A DNA stretch of 64,000 bases from Bacillota bacterium (GTDB taxonomy: Bacteria; Bacillota_I; Bacilli_A; RFN20; CAG-288). The stretch covers positions 30,946 to 94,945 of the forward strand of contig JAEWSP010000018.1 of the NCBI GenBank assembly GCA_023459795.1, given 5' to 3'. How positions within the stretch are numbered: the first letter of the stretch is position 1; every line of letters begins with the position of its first letter. The notes beneath the pieces were generated by a model. It worked only from the letters and a program-made list of their open reading frames with translations, was not told where the DNA came from and ran no database searches. Positions 39,484 through 48,225 of the stretch are shown here, one piece after another. The position numbers and the translations under genes are program-made.

Positions 39484-39559
39484 GGATCTTTAGCTCAGTT
39501 GGTAGAGCAACTGACCCTTAATCAGTGGGCCAAGGGTTCGAGTCCCTTAAGATCCACCA
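39484..39559 (+). tRNA. tRNA-Lys (anticodon CTT) with encoded CCA
   Basis: Hand-folded cloverleaf. Acceptor GGATCTT/AAGATCC, D arm GCTC/GAGC, anticodon stem ACTGA/TCAGT with loop CCCTTAA, T arm AAGGG-TTCGAGT-CCCTT, discriminator A. Confidence 0.85.
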
Positions 39560-39569
39560 GTGGAAACAG

Positions 39570-39595
39570 AGAGCTCCCGGAAGGGAGCTCTTTTT
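39570..39595 (+). terminator. intrinsic terminator after the tRNA
   Basis: AGAGCTCCC-ggaa-GGGAGCTCT followed by TTTT. Confidence 0.75.
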
Positions 39596-39676
39596 GCTGC
39601 TGTCTATAGAATGCTTAGACTCTTCCAAAAAACGATTTTGAAGGGTAAGGTCTTTGGAATAAGGTATAATTTCAGT

Positions 39677-41035
39677 ATGCTAGTTTTTGATACCATTGCA
39701 GCCCTTGCTACAGCAAATACCAAGGCTGCCTTAAGCATTGTCCGATTGTCCGGAGAGGAATCCCTCCGGATTCTTTCCCATCTGGTAACAAGAGATCCCA
39801 AGACCATCGAACCAAACCATATGTACTACGGCATCCTTTACAGGGATGCAGAAACGAAGGAAGAGATGATCGACGAGGCCGAATATGTTTATTACAAAGC
39901 GCCCCGGTCCTATACCGGTTTTGATGGCGTTGAATTCTTCCTGCACGGAAATCCCCTGATTTCGGAGTCCCTCCTTTCCGCTCTCGTCTTCTGGGGTGCC
40001 AGAAGAGCAGAGCGAGGAGAATTCTCGGCCCAGGCTTATTTCAACGGAAAGATGGATCTCCTCAAGGCGGAAGGAATCAACGACCTTATCAATGCCACCA
40101 GCAAGAGGGCAGTCGATATTGCAAGCAACACTCTTTCCGGCAAGAACTCGGAAGCGATGTCCGGTCTCAAGGCGAGGCTTCTGGAGTCTCTCTCCCAGCT
40201 CGAGTATTACGTCGAGAACCAGTACGAAGACGATGACAGCGATCATTTCCATACGGAGCTGGATAAGGTTGATCTGCAGCTTCAGAAAGAAACAAAGTCC
40301 CTTTTGGAGACTATCCGGAAGACGAAGCAGTCCAACCGGGAATACCAGGGCTTCAAGGTGGCAATCGTCGGAGAGCCCAACGTCGGTAAGTCTACGCTCC
40401 TGAACAAGATCGTCGGAGAAGACAGGGCTATCGTCTCGCCGATTCCGGGAACGACAAGGGATGTCGTAACGGGAGAGAGGGAGATCGACGGAATCCGTTT
40501 CTCTTTCGAAGATACAGCCGGAATAAGGAAAACCAAAGATGTCGTTGAGAACCTGGGGATCGAAAGATCCTACAATACGATCCGGAATGCAGACCTGGTG
40601 CTTCTTTTAAGCGAGTCCGGATTCAAAGAGTTCGAATCCCTTCCGGAAATCCAGGATGCCATCCAAGGCAAACCGGTATTAAGGATTGCCACCAAGAAGG
40701 ATCTCCATGGAGAAAACAAGGAAGCAGACCTGACGGTCTCCGACAAGGAAGACGACATGGCTTCCCTTATTTCCCTGTTCCAGAAGAAGCTAAGCCTGGA
40801 GAACAAGGAAGCTTCCTCCTTCCTCGGAGAAAGGGAAGAGGATCTCCTTATCGAGATCGAAGAACAGCTGGAGAAGACAAGGACTGCTATCCAGGAGACC
40901 CATTCCATCGATGTGGTATCGGATAGCCTGAGAGAAGCGGTCCATACGATCAACTCCCTGATGGGGAAGGACGAGAATGCGACTATGGAAGACATCTATC
41001 AGACTCTCTTCTCCCATTTCTGCCTAGGAAAATAA
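39677..41035 (+). CDS. mnmE: tRNA modification GTPase MnmE
   Basis: The start is set at MLVFDTIAALAT. G-domain GEPNVGKSTLLN and DTAG motifs, and a C-terminal C-x-GK motif (CLGK). Confidence 0.88.
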   Translation: MLVFDTIAALATANTKAALSIVRLSGEESLRILSHLVTRDPKTIEPNHMYYGILYRDAETKEEMIDEAEYVYYKAPRSYTGFDGVEFFLHGNPLISESLLSALVFWGARRAERGEFSAQAYFNGKMDLLKAEGINDLINATSKRAVDIASNTLSGKNSEAMSGLKARLLESLSQLEYYVENQYEDDDSDHFHTELDKVDLQLQKETKSLLETIRKTKQSNREYQGFKVAIVGEPNVGKSTLLNKIVGEDRAIVSPIPGTTRDVVTGEREIDGIRFSFEDTAGIRKTKDVVENLGIERSYNTIRNADLVLLLSESGFKEFESLPEIQDAIQGKPVLRIATKKDLHGENKEADLTVSDKEDDMASLISLFQKKLSLENKEASSFLGEREEDLLIEIEEQLEKTRTAIQETHSIDVVSDSLREAVHTINSLMGKDENATMEDIYQTLFSHFCLGK

Positions 41036-41036
41036 T

Positions 41037-41816
41037 ATGGAATACATCGATACCCACTGCCATCTGAACGACGACCAGCTCTATCCCGATAGAGAAGGAG
41101 CTGTAGAGCGGGCCAAGAAGAATGGCTGCCTGGCTTTTTTCAATGCCGCAGATTCCTTTTCCTCCTTCGGAAGGATCTTTTCCCTAGCCAAGGAATTCCC
41201 TGGCTTCTGCTATCCGGTTATCGGCATCCATCCGGAATATGCTTCCCTGCCAGAAGAAGAATTCGAAAAAGCTCTTCAGGCAATCGAAGAAAACAAGAAG
41301 AACATCAAGGCTATCGGAGAAATAGGACTGGATTACCATTATTCCAAGGACCCGGAAATAAAAGAGAAGCAGAAGGATAGGTTCATAAGGCAGATCCGGC
41401 TTGCCAAGAAGTTGTCCTTGCCGATAGTCATCCATTCCAGGGATGCCGATCAGGACTGCTATGACATCCTGAAGGAAGAACTACCGGACAAAGCCGATAT
41501 CCACTGCTACGGACAGAGCTATGAGATGCTTAAAAACTATCTCCGGCTTCCGATCCAGCTGAAGATCGGAATCGGAGGCGTTGTCACCTTCAAGAACAGC
41601 CGGGTGCTTAAGGAAGTCGTAGAGAAAGCACCTCTTTCTGTCCTGCTGACGGAAACAGACAGCCCGTATCTTTCTCCTGTTCCGAACAGAGGAAAAAGAA
41701 ACGAACCTTCCTATATTCCTTTTGTGCTTAAGGAGATTGCTCTCCTTCGCAAGGAAGAGGAAGAAGAGACTGCCAAAGCAATCCTGAAGAACGGAGAAGA
41801 TTTCTATGGATTATGA
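41037..41816 (+). CDS. TatD-family metal-dependent hydrolase
   Basis: DTHCHL N-terminal motif; 259 aa. Confidence 0.85.
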   Translation: MEYIDTHCHLNDDQLYPDREGAVERAKKNGCLAFFNAADSFSSFGRIFSLAKEFPGFCYPVIGIHPEYASLPEEEFEKALQAIEENKKNIKAIGEIGLDYHYSKDPEIKEKQKDRFIRQIRLAKKLSLPIVIHSRDADQDCYDILKEELPDKADIHCYGQSYEMLKNYLRLPIQLKIGIGGVVTFKNSRVLKEVVEKAPLSVLLTETDSPYLSPVPNRGKRNEPSYIPFVLKEIALLRKEEEEETAKAILKNGEDFYGL

Positions 41817-42348
41817 GAAGAAGTACTGCTATGTCTGCGAAGGCAAGACAGACGAAGACAGGCTGAAGAAAGCCGGTTGTCTGTTTGTCGTTGTCTCCGG
41901 CGGAAAATTCATCCGCCCGGAGATTTTGTCCTTCCTGTCTCTGGTCTCCAAGAAGCGGAATATAGTTCTTGTCACGGATCCGGATACACCCGGAGATATG
42001 ATCCGGAAGAAGATTGAATCCGTTGTCGGCCCATGCATTAATCTTCACGGGAAGAAGGAACAGGCAACTTATAACGGAAAGCTTGGGATTGCAGAGATGA
42101 GGCAGACCTCTGTAGATGCTCTCCTTGCTTCTTGCATAGAGCATGACAAAGCCATTGAGGAAGAGAGCGGATTCAGCCATGACGACTACCTGGATATGGG
42201 ACTAGAAGGTCTGGGAAGCAAGGAGAGAAGAGAAAGACTTATCAAGAAGTACAGCCTACCTCTTGCTTCCGGTAAGAGCGTCGAAGAAGAATGCCATATC
42301 CTTTCCTTGACCAAGGAAGAGATAAAGGAGGCAATTGCACATGAGTGA
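41806..42348 (+). CDS. rnmV: ribonuclease M5
   Basis: Toprim pattern VCEGKTD...VTDPDTPGDMIRKKI. Its position between tatD and rsmA matches Bacillus. Confidence 0.8.
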   Translation: MDYEKKYCYVCEGKTDEDRLKKAGCLFVVVSGGKFIRPEILSFLSLVSKKRNIVLVTDPDTPGDMIRKKIESVVGPCINLHGKKEQATYNGKLGIAEMRQTSVDALLASCIEHDKAIEEESGFSHDDYLDMGLEGLGSKERRERLIKKYSLPLASGKSVEEECHILSLTKEEIKEAIAHE

Positions 42349-43159
42349 GCAGGATAGAATCCAAGGACTGTTGAAGGAATACGGCTATATCGCCAAGAAG
42401 TCCTTCGGACAGAATTTCCTTATCAACGAAGGAATCATAAGAAGAATCGTCGACCAGATGAAGCCGGAGACTTTCGAGACCGTAATCGAGATCGGTCCTG
42501 GCCTTGGAGCACTGACTCTTCCTCTTTCCCAGAAGAGCAAAAAGCTTTATGCCGTCGATGCAGACAGGGATATGATCACTATCCTCCATGAGATCTTCGA
42601 TTCCAAGAAGAATGTCACCTTGGTCCAGTCCGATTTCCTCCGCTTCGATCCGGACTCTGTCTCCCGGAAGGAAGATAGGCTGCTCATTGGGAACCTTCCT
42701 TACAACATCACTTCCGAGCTTTTTGAATATATGCTTGAAAAAGGGTTTGCTTCTGCCGGTGCCATGGTCCAGAAGGAAGTCTATGAGAAGCTAAGCTATA
42801 CCCCGGGGAAGTCAACCAACACTGCTCTAGGAGCTTTTATCGAAAGCATGGGAAAGCTCTCCCTGCTGACACTTGTCGACCACTCCTCCTTCGATCCTTC
42901 CCCGAAGGTGGAGTCCGCCTTCGTAAGGATTGATACGGATCCGAAGAAGTCGATTTCCTTCTCCCTCTATCCTGTCTATAAGGCACTCTTCCGGAATCCG
43001 AACAAGACCATCCACAACTGCCTCAAGGAGGTGCCGGAATATAGGGACTCCCTTCCTACGCTAAGCCAGGAAAAGCCGGAGCTTCTTTCTTCCAGGGCAC
43101 GGCAACTGGACGTGAAGACACTGCAAAAACTAGCCGAAGAAATCCAGAAGCTTTCCTAG
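42335..43159 (+). CDS. rsmA: 16S rRNA (adenine1518/1519-N6)-dimethyltransferase
   Basis: KKSFGQNFL motif, SAM-binding EIGPGLGALT, and NLPYNI. Confidence 0.9.
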   Translation: MHMSEQDRIQGLLKEYGYIAKKSFGQNFLINEGIIRRIVDQMKPETFETVIEIGPGLGALTLPLSQKSKKLYAVDADRDMITILHEIFDSKKNVTLVQSDFLRFDPDSVSRKEDRLLIGNLPYNITSELFEYMLEKGFASAGAMVQKEVYEKLSYTPGKSTNTALGAFIESMGKLSLLTLVDHSSFDPSPKVESAFVRIDTDPKKSISFSLYPVYKALFRNPNKTIHNCLKEVPEYRDSLPTLSQEKPELLSSRARQLDVKTLQKLAEEIQKLS

Positions 43160-43364
43160 AACTGTTTTTAGGCGCCAAAGGGAATTAATTTTACCGAAAA
43201 AACCAGTTTCAAAACATTTCCTAACCCTTGGGGATGGTTACTACAGCAAAACAGGGTTGCCTTTGTCGGGAATGACTCTACCCAGTTCGCTTTAAATAAG
43301 CTTGAGTAGCCCATTCCATCTTCGGAAATATGTAGATGATTATACTACTCACCTACCAAGAAAA

Positions 43365-44255
43365 CTAATTAAGGAACTTTTCGCAGTTAAATATATTTTC
43401 TTCATAACTTTGTGTTAACCGGTCTTTCATCTCACCCTCTGTAACTTTTCCGTATTTTCTTTCATAAAGAGAAATTATAGAGGTCATTATTGGAGCGGAG
43501 AAACTTGTCCCACTCTTTTCATTAATAACGATTCCATTCTCACATTCGTCTAAACAGATTATATCTAAGCAGGGTAAAAGAAAACAAGAGGAGTTAAAGT
43601 TTGCTTTTTTCCAAACGTTACATTCCTTATCTATTCCTGAAACAGCAATGACATTTCCATACGCGGCCGGGTACAACAAACTATCTGTTCCGGAATTTCC
43701 GGAACTGGCAACAACAATAATTCCTTTGCTTATGCATCTATCGATGGCAGCCCTAATCAAGCCGGAATCGTTCTTTATTCCTAAAGAAATATTGACTATA
43801 TCAATGCCATATTCACAACAACAATACAATGCGGATTCAACTTCTTGAATAGAGGCAATATTATCTTTACCCTCAACATCAAAAATGTAGATATCAGAAC
43901 AACAAGCCAAACCCAAATTATTGTATTCGGAGCAACCAATTATTGAAAATGTACTTAATCCGTGACTGGAATGTTGCTTACGCTCAACAGTGTTGTTAAA
44001 AACAATGTTTTGATTATGATAAACCGAGTTTTGAATTCCGGAATCTAGGACAGCAATTTTCGGAAAATACACAGCTTTTTCGTTACCTTTGGATAAGTTT
44101 ATTTCTTGCAAATAGTAGGCATTGTAGGGGATACTATTACGGTTTTTTGTTAAGCAGAAAAAGAAAGTACAAAAAACAAGCAGACCGGTTACAAGCTTAT
44201 GCCTTCGCATCTTTTTGATTTTCCGGACCCTGCTTTGCCTTATACGCTTGGACAA
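43365..44255 (-). CDS. membrane-anchored subtilisin-like serine protease (peptidase S8), Cys-rich
   Basis: Catalytic triad contexts AVLDSG (Asp), HGLSTFS (His) and SGTSFSAP (Ser). It has an N-terminal basic stretch plus a TM anchor. Local GC is low. Confidence 0.75.
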   Translation of the reverse strand: MSKRIRQSRVRKIKKMRRHKLVTGLLVFCTFFFCLTKNRNSIPYNAYYLQEINLSKGNEKAVYFPKIAVLDSGIQNSVYHNQNIVFNNTVERKQHSSHGLSTFSIIGCSEYNNLGLACCSDIYIFDVEGKDNIASIQEVESALYCCCEYGIDIVNISLGIKNDSGLIRAAIDRCISKGIIVVASSGNSGTDSLLYPAAYGNVIAVSGIDKECNVWKKANFNSSCFLLPCLDIICLDECENGIVINEKSGTSFSAPIMTSIISLYERKYGKVTEGEMKDRLTQSYEENIFNCEKFLN

Positions 44256-44697
44256 ACTTCTTCTTTTTCCGGTATTCGAAAAGAAGAATGATAAAGATAG
44301 CTAATACCGATACGATTTCGACGATATAGCCGGTAACGGAAGAAACGAAGAAGTAGACAAGAGTAAAACTAATCCCTGCCACTACAAAGAAAAAACTGAA
44401 AAGAACGAATCCGTTATTAAAAAGATTCGGATAAGAAAAACTCAGATGGGCATCCTTATTGGATATTTCTTTTGTCGGATACTTTTCTTCTTCTGGCTTC
44501 CCTTTGGAAAAGAAACCAAGTTCAAAGAAGAAGTCTTCATAGCCATAACCAAGAAAGGCAGGAAGGCATAGAATCAGGCTTTTTCCAAAGTACTCCAAAG
44601 ATAAGAACTTTGTGTTTTCCAAGGTAAAACCGTAAACGAGGATTGCCAGGACTACGAATATAGGAGTACAAATCAAACGAAGTTGCCATTTTTTCAT
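44197..44697 (-). CDS. hypothetical 4-TM membrane protein
   Basis: The start is probably MKKWQLRL. It overlaps both neighbouring genes, suggesting coupled translation. Low GC. Confidence 0.5.
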   Translation of the reverse strand: MKKWQLRLICTPIFVVLAILVYGFTLENTKFLSLEYFGKSLILCLPAFLGYGYEDFFFELGFFSKGKPEEEKYPTKEISNKDAHLSFSYPNLFNNGFVLFSFFFVVAGISFTLVYFFVSSVTGYIVEIVSVLAIFIILLFEYRKKKKFVQAYKAKQGPENQKDAKA

Positions 44698-44699
44698 TT

Positions 44700-45530
44700 T
44701 TATTGAAGTCCAAACGCAAACTGACGTTCCCACGAAAATGAGATTGAAATACCATCTTTAATAAAATGAGAATAGATATAGTCGAAAAGCTCAGATAAAC
44801 AAACAGAGACAAAAAAATTCACAACAAACCTTACTAATGCATGTTCGGATAAAACAGAGATAGCAGAAACGACAGCCAAAATGACAGGATTACCAGTAAC
44901 AGCTCCAAAAAGAGCTAAACTAGCCGCCATAACAATAGGCGTTCTGGTTGCCATAAACAATGCCGTAATTCCTTCAACAATAAACCCTGTCCCATAAGAG
45001 AGAATTTTTCTACAGGTGGAGGCATCAATCTTGAAAACAAATTGATCCGGAACATAAATTCCCCACCAAAGTTTTTTCCAAGTTAAATTGAAGGAATTTT
45101 CCCCTTCGCTTTCTTCTTCAAAACCAGAATACTTAATTAGTGCCGATTCATAGGCATCGATGATTGTGTTTTCTCCAACAAGTTCTGCTTCTTCAGCAGA
45201 AAGCCGGTTTTCCAAAGAAGCAATAACGTTTCTAGAAACATCCAAGAAATAGTTGGATCCTTTTTCATCACATTCAGCAAAGACATTATCCAAACTATTC
45301 TTTGCCTTGGAAATGTTAGATAAGATTTCCTTTCTTGACGCAGGTACTTCAATATCACTAATAGAAAGGTTGGAATAGCAGTCTTCAATTTTATCAAGTT
45401 GGTCCTGAACCTCTTCTTCTTTGGCTGAATTTATTCCAACATTAGTTGGACCTTTGGAATTCTTTCCAAAACATAAAAAACTACTCAATACAGTTATGAT
45501 AGTCAATGCTTTTTTTAATGGCACTTGCAT
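44700..45530 (-). CDS. hypothetical secreted/membrane protein: signal peptide, helical acidic ectodomain, Gly/Ala-rich C-terminal TM helices
   Basis: The start is probably MQVPLKKALTIITVL. The C-terminus reads GITALFMATRTPIVMAASLALFGAVTGNPVILAVVSAISVL. Low GC. Confidence 0.5.
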   Translation of the reverse strand: MQVPLKKALTIITVLSSFLCFGKNSKGPTNVGINSAKEEEVQDQLDKIEDCYSNLSISDIEVPASRKEILSNISKAKNSLDNVFAECDEKGSNYFLDVSRNVIASLENRLSAEEAELVGENTIIDAYESALIKYSGFEEESEGENSFNLTWKKLWWGIYVPDQFVFKIDASTCRKILSYGTGFIVEGITALFMATRTPIVMAASLALFGAVTGNPVILAVVSAISVLSEHALVRFVVNFFVSVCLSELFDYIYSHFIKDGISISFSWERQFAFGLQ

Positions 45531-45979
45531 ATTTTTTGCCTCGTTGATAATCATAGTGTGTAGATAACTTAAAGTCAATATCGTGTTTTTTGATTACACC
45601 ACTTTTTTGTTCTTGTTATAAATTGTTTTCTAACACAACTGTTTTTTTATAAGAATCGTCTTTGCTTTGTGTTGCACCATGAGAGCAATTGTAAAGCTCC
45701 TCTTTTGGCTTCAAATGCTTTTCTGAGTTTTGCCCCCAAGAAATTTTGCGGTCTGAAAAGAAGCATATGCTGAACATTTTTCGTCAAAAGCTCTAGACAA
45801 AAACAGATTTGCTTTGGAAAGGGCATTCCGCGAACCATTTTCAAAAAGCAACGTCAATTCCAAAACTTAGATGCCAAAAACTTTCTAAGCTCGTCTTCTA
45901 ATTGCTTCTAATTCATTTGAACGCTTTTGCAACCGCCCCTTCATAAACAACCATTTCCGCTCTTTCCAGTAGCTGCGGC

Positions 45980-46885
45980 TTATTCTTCTTTCTTGTTGTT
46001 CTTCTCTGTTTCTTTTTCTTCTTTCTTCTCCTGCTTATGCTTCTGATGCTCTTTGTAGAAATCCTGATCGATCCAGAGGATCCGTTCCGAGAACTCCGGA
46101 TATTTCTTGAATACGAAATAGCTGGAGAGGATGCCGAGAAGCGCACCGCAGGCATCGGCAATGATGTCTCCGTCCGTATCCGTAACAGCATACCTATAGC
46201 CTGTAAATGTCTTGTAGTAATTCGTCATATCCGTCTCGCTGAGGTGGCAGTTCCCCGTATTCCACATCTCTCCGTTTGCTCCCCCGAGAATCCCCGTATC
46301 CTGATCGATGCAGGCATAAAGATCGTCCGGAATATATTTCTGCATGTTCGTATGGAAGATCAGGTCTGCTCCGCCTTCATACAGTTCCCACAAGGCTTCG
46401 ACGGCAACTCCGAAGAAGAAGCCGAAGAGAAGGCATAAGCCGGTCGCTTGTCTTCCTGTATATCCGTTCTTCTTCATGAGAAGCTTCATCAAGACAAAGC
46501 CTGCCAGGGCAAGCTGTGCCGTTCCTATCGTATGGAGGAATTTATCGAATCCGTAATCCCCGAGGTTGTAGTAGACCTGGCAGGCTTCTCCGAGGAAGAC
46601 GGAGACGAAGAGGTCAAAGGCGATGAACAGATCCACTGGCTTTCCGACACGGAAACCAGTCAGATGTTCGACAATCATCGGTCCCCAGATACCTAGGAAT
46701 GCGCAGGAAGACCCGACGATAACCGTCCTTGCCTGGACCGGATCCCACTGGAAAGGACGATGGGTAGCAATGCCGCCTTCCGGATAGAACGGCCTTACCT
46801 TGCAAAGGGATAGGATTGCAAAGACCATGAGCATGGAGAAAACAGAGGTTTCAATGATATACAGGGTCTTTCGGTAAGATGCCAT
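45980..46885 (-). CDS. hypothetical polytopic membrane protein with Lys/Glu-rich tail
   Basis: 301 aa with about 6 TM segments; GC is back at core level. Confidence 0.5.
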   Translation of the reverse strand: MASYRKTLYIIETSVFSMLMVFAILSLCKVRPFYPEGGIATHRPFQWDPVQARTVIVGSSCAFLGIWGPMIVEHLTGFRVGKPVDLFIAFDLFVSVFLGEACQVYYNLGDYGFDKFLHTIGTAQLALAGFVLMKLLMKKNGYTGRQATGLCLLFGFFFGVAVEALWELYEGGADLIFHTNMQKYIPDDLYACIDQDTGILGGANGEMWNTGNCHLSETDMTNYYKTFTGYRYAVTDTDGDIIADACGALLGILSSYFVFKKYPEFSERILWIDQDFYKEHQKHKQEKKEEKETEKNNKKEE

Positions 46886-47019
46886 ACGCCGCTCCTTTAA
46901 TACTTCTTATTTTAGCGAAAAAAACAGGAATTGGAACCACGATTAGCGGAAAGAGAGTAAGAAAGAAAAAGAGGAAATGAAAAAGGCCCGTTTCCGGGCC
47001 TTTGTGTTGGTTTCTAAAC

Positions 47020-47994
47020 CTACTTGACGTACTTGGAGATAATATCGGAGACAGACTTGTTGTTGCTGATGGCATCGATGCAGGCAGCAATGGTCGGAGC
47101 AAGGGAGACAACCGTGATGTTGAGATCCTTGTTCTTCTTGAACCGTTCATCCAGCGGGATGGAGTCCGTGACCCAGAGACGATCGAACGGGCAGGCGCTG
47201 AGACGGGTATAGGCAGGATCGGAAAGGACAGGGTGGACAACAGCCATCATGACCTTCTTGGCACCGAACTTCTTAAGAGCGGCACCGGCAGCAATCGCAG
47301 AACCGGCAGTATCGATCATATCGTCGACGATCAGGCAATCCTTATCCTTGACGTCTCCGACAATGTTCATGACTTCCGGCTGACGGGAGCTGTTACGTCT
47401 CTTATCGATGATGGCAATCGGAGCATCCAGGATCTCCGCAAAGTTGCGGGCGCGGACGACTCCGCCATGATCCGGCGAGACAACGACAAGGTTGGCCTTG
47501 TCGACGCTTTCGTCATGCTTGACGGTATAGCCGAGAAGCGGAACGGCAGTAATGTCATCTTCAAGGCAGGAGAAGAAAGCCTGCTCCTGGGCTGCATGAA
47601 GATTGAAGGTGAGGATACGATCGGCACCGGCAGTGACATAAAGATCAGCAACGAGCTTACTGGAAATCGGCTCACGCGGCTTGGACTTTCTATCCTGACG
47701 GGCATATCCGAAGTAAGGAATGATGACGTTGATTTCGCTGGCAGATGCTCTCTTGAGAGCATCAATGAAGACCAAAGTCTCCATAATATTTTCATTGACC
47801 GGCGGGCAGGTAGATTCGATGATAAATACCCTCTTGCCCCGGACACAGGTCTCTGGGCAGGCCATCACTTCTTTGGACGGAAATACTTCCAGATGTACCT
47901 TCCCTAATGTCGTCCCCAGCTCCTTCGCAACGGCTTCGGCCAGATCGACGTTGGCGCTTAACGCATAGAGAATGGCATCATTACCAAAATTCAT
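47020..47994 (-). CDS. prs: ribose-phosphate pyrophosphokinase
   Basis: YFGYARQDRK and PRPP-binding DCLIVDDMIDTAGS. Confidence 0.93.
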   Translation of the reverse strand: MNFGNDAILYALSANVDLAEAVAKELGTTLGKVHLEVFPSKEVMACPETCVRGKRVFIIESTCPPVNENIMETLVFIDALKRASASEINVIIPYFGYARQDRKSKPREPISSKLVADLYVTAGADRILTFNLHAAQEQAFFSCLEDDITAVPLLGYTVKHDESVDKANLVVVSPDHGGVVRARNFAEILDAPIAIIDKRRNSSRQPEVMNIVGDVKDKDCLIVDDMIDTAGSAIAAGAALKKFGAKKVMMAVVHPVLSDPAYTRLSACPFDRLWVTDSIPLDERFKKNKDLNITVVSLAPTIAACIDAISNNKSVSDIISKYVK

Positions 47995-48225
47995 ATCGAA
48001 AGGTTCCCCCTAACGGAATTATTCTAACACTCTTAGAGTTGGTTTCTAAGACTAATCCGCAAAAGGAGGGAAGCAATCGCTTTCTTTTCCCAAGGGACTT
48101 GAAAGGCAGCTTTTCAGGGAAATAGAATCCGGATCCAGGGGAAGAGAAAAAAGAGGCTTAACAGCAAGAAAATATCTGTTTTGATTTTTGAAAAACGAAA
48201 AACAGCCTCCCTTAGGAGGCTGTGC

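Noticed and set aside
45647-45844. 65-aa minus-strand ORF, and neighbouring fragments, as a functional transposase or regulator gene
   Set aside because: The frames are broken by several stops and I recognise no catalytic motifs. I treat it only as possible mobile-element debris at the island edge, not as a gene.
47002-47907. 301-aa plus-strand ORF. Similar long antisense ORFs lie opposite groEL (28068-28907), prfA (15518-16408), dnaN (61817-62863) and pgmB-like (48181-48912).
   Set aside because: In each case the opposite strand encodes an unmistakable conserved protein. These are shadow frames in moderately GC-rich coding sequence.
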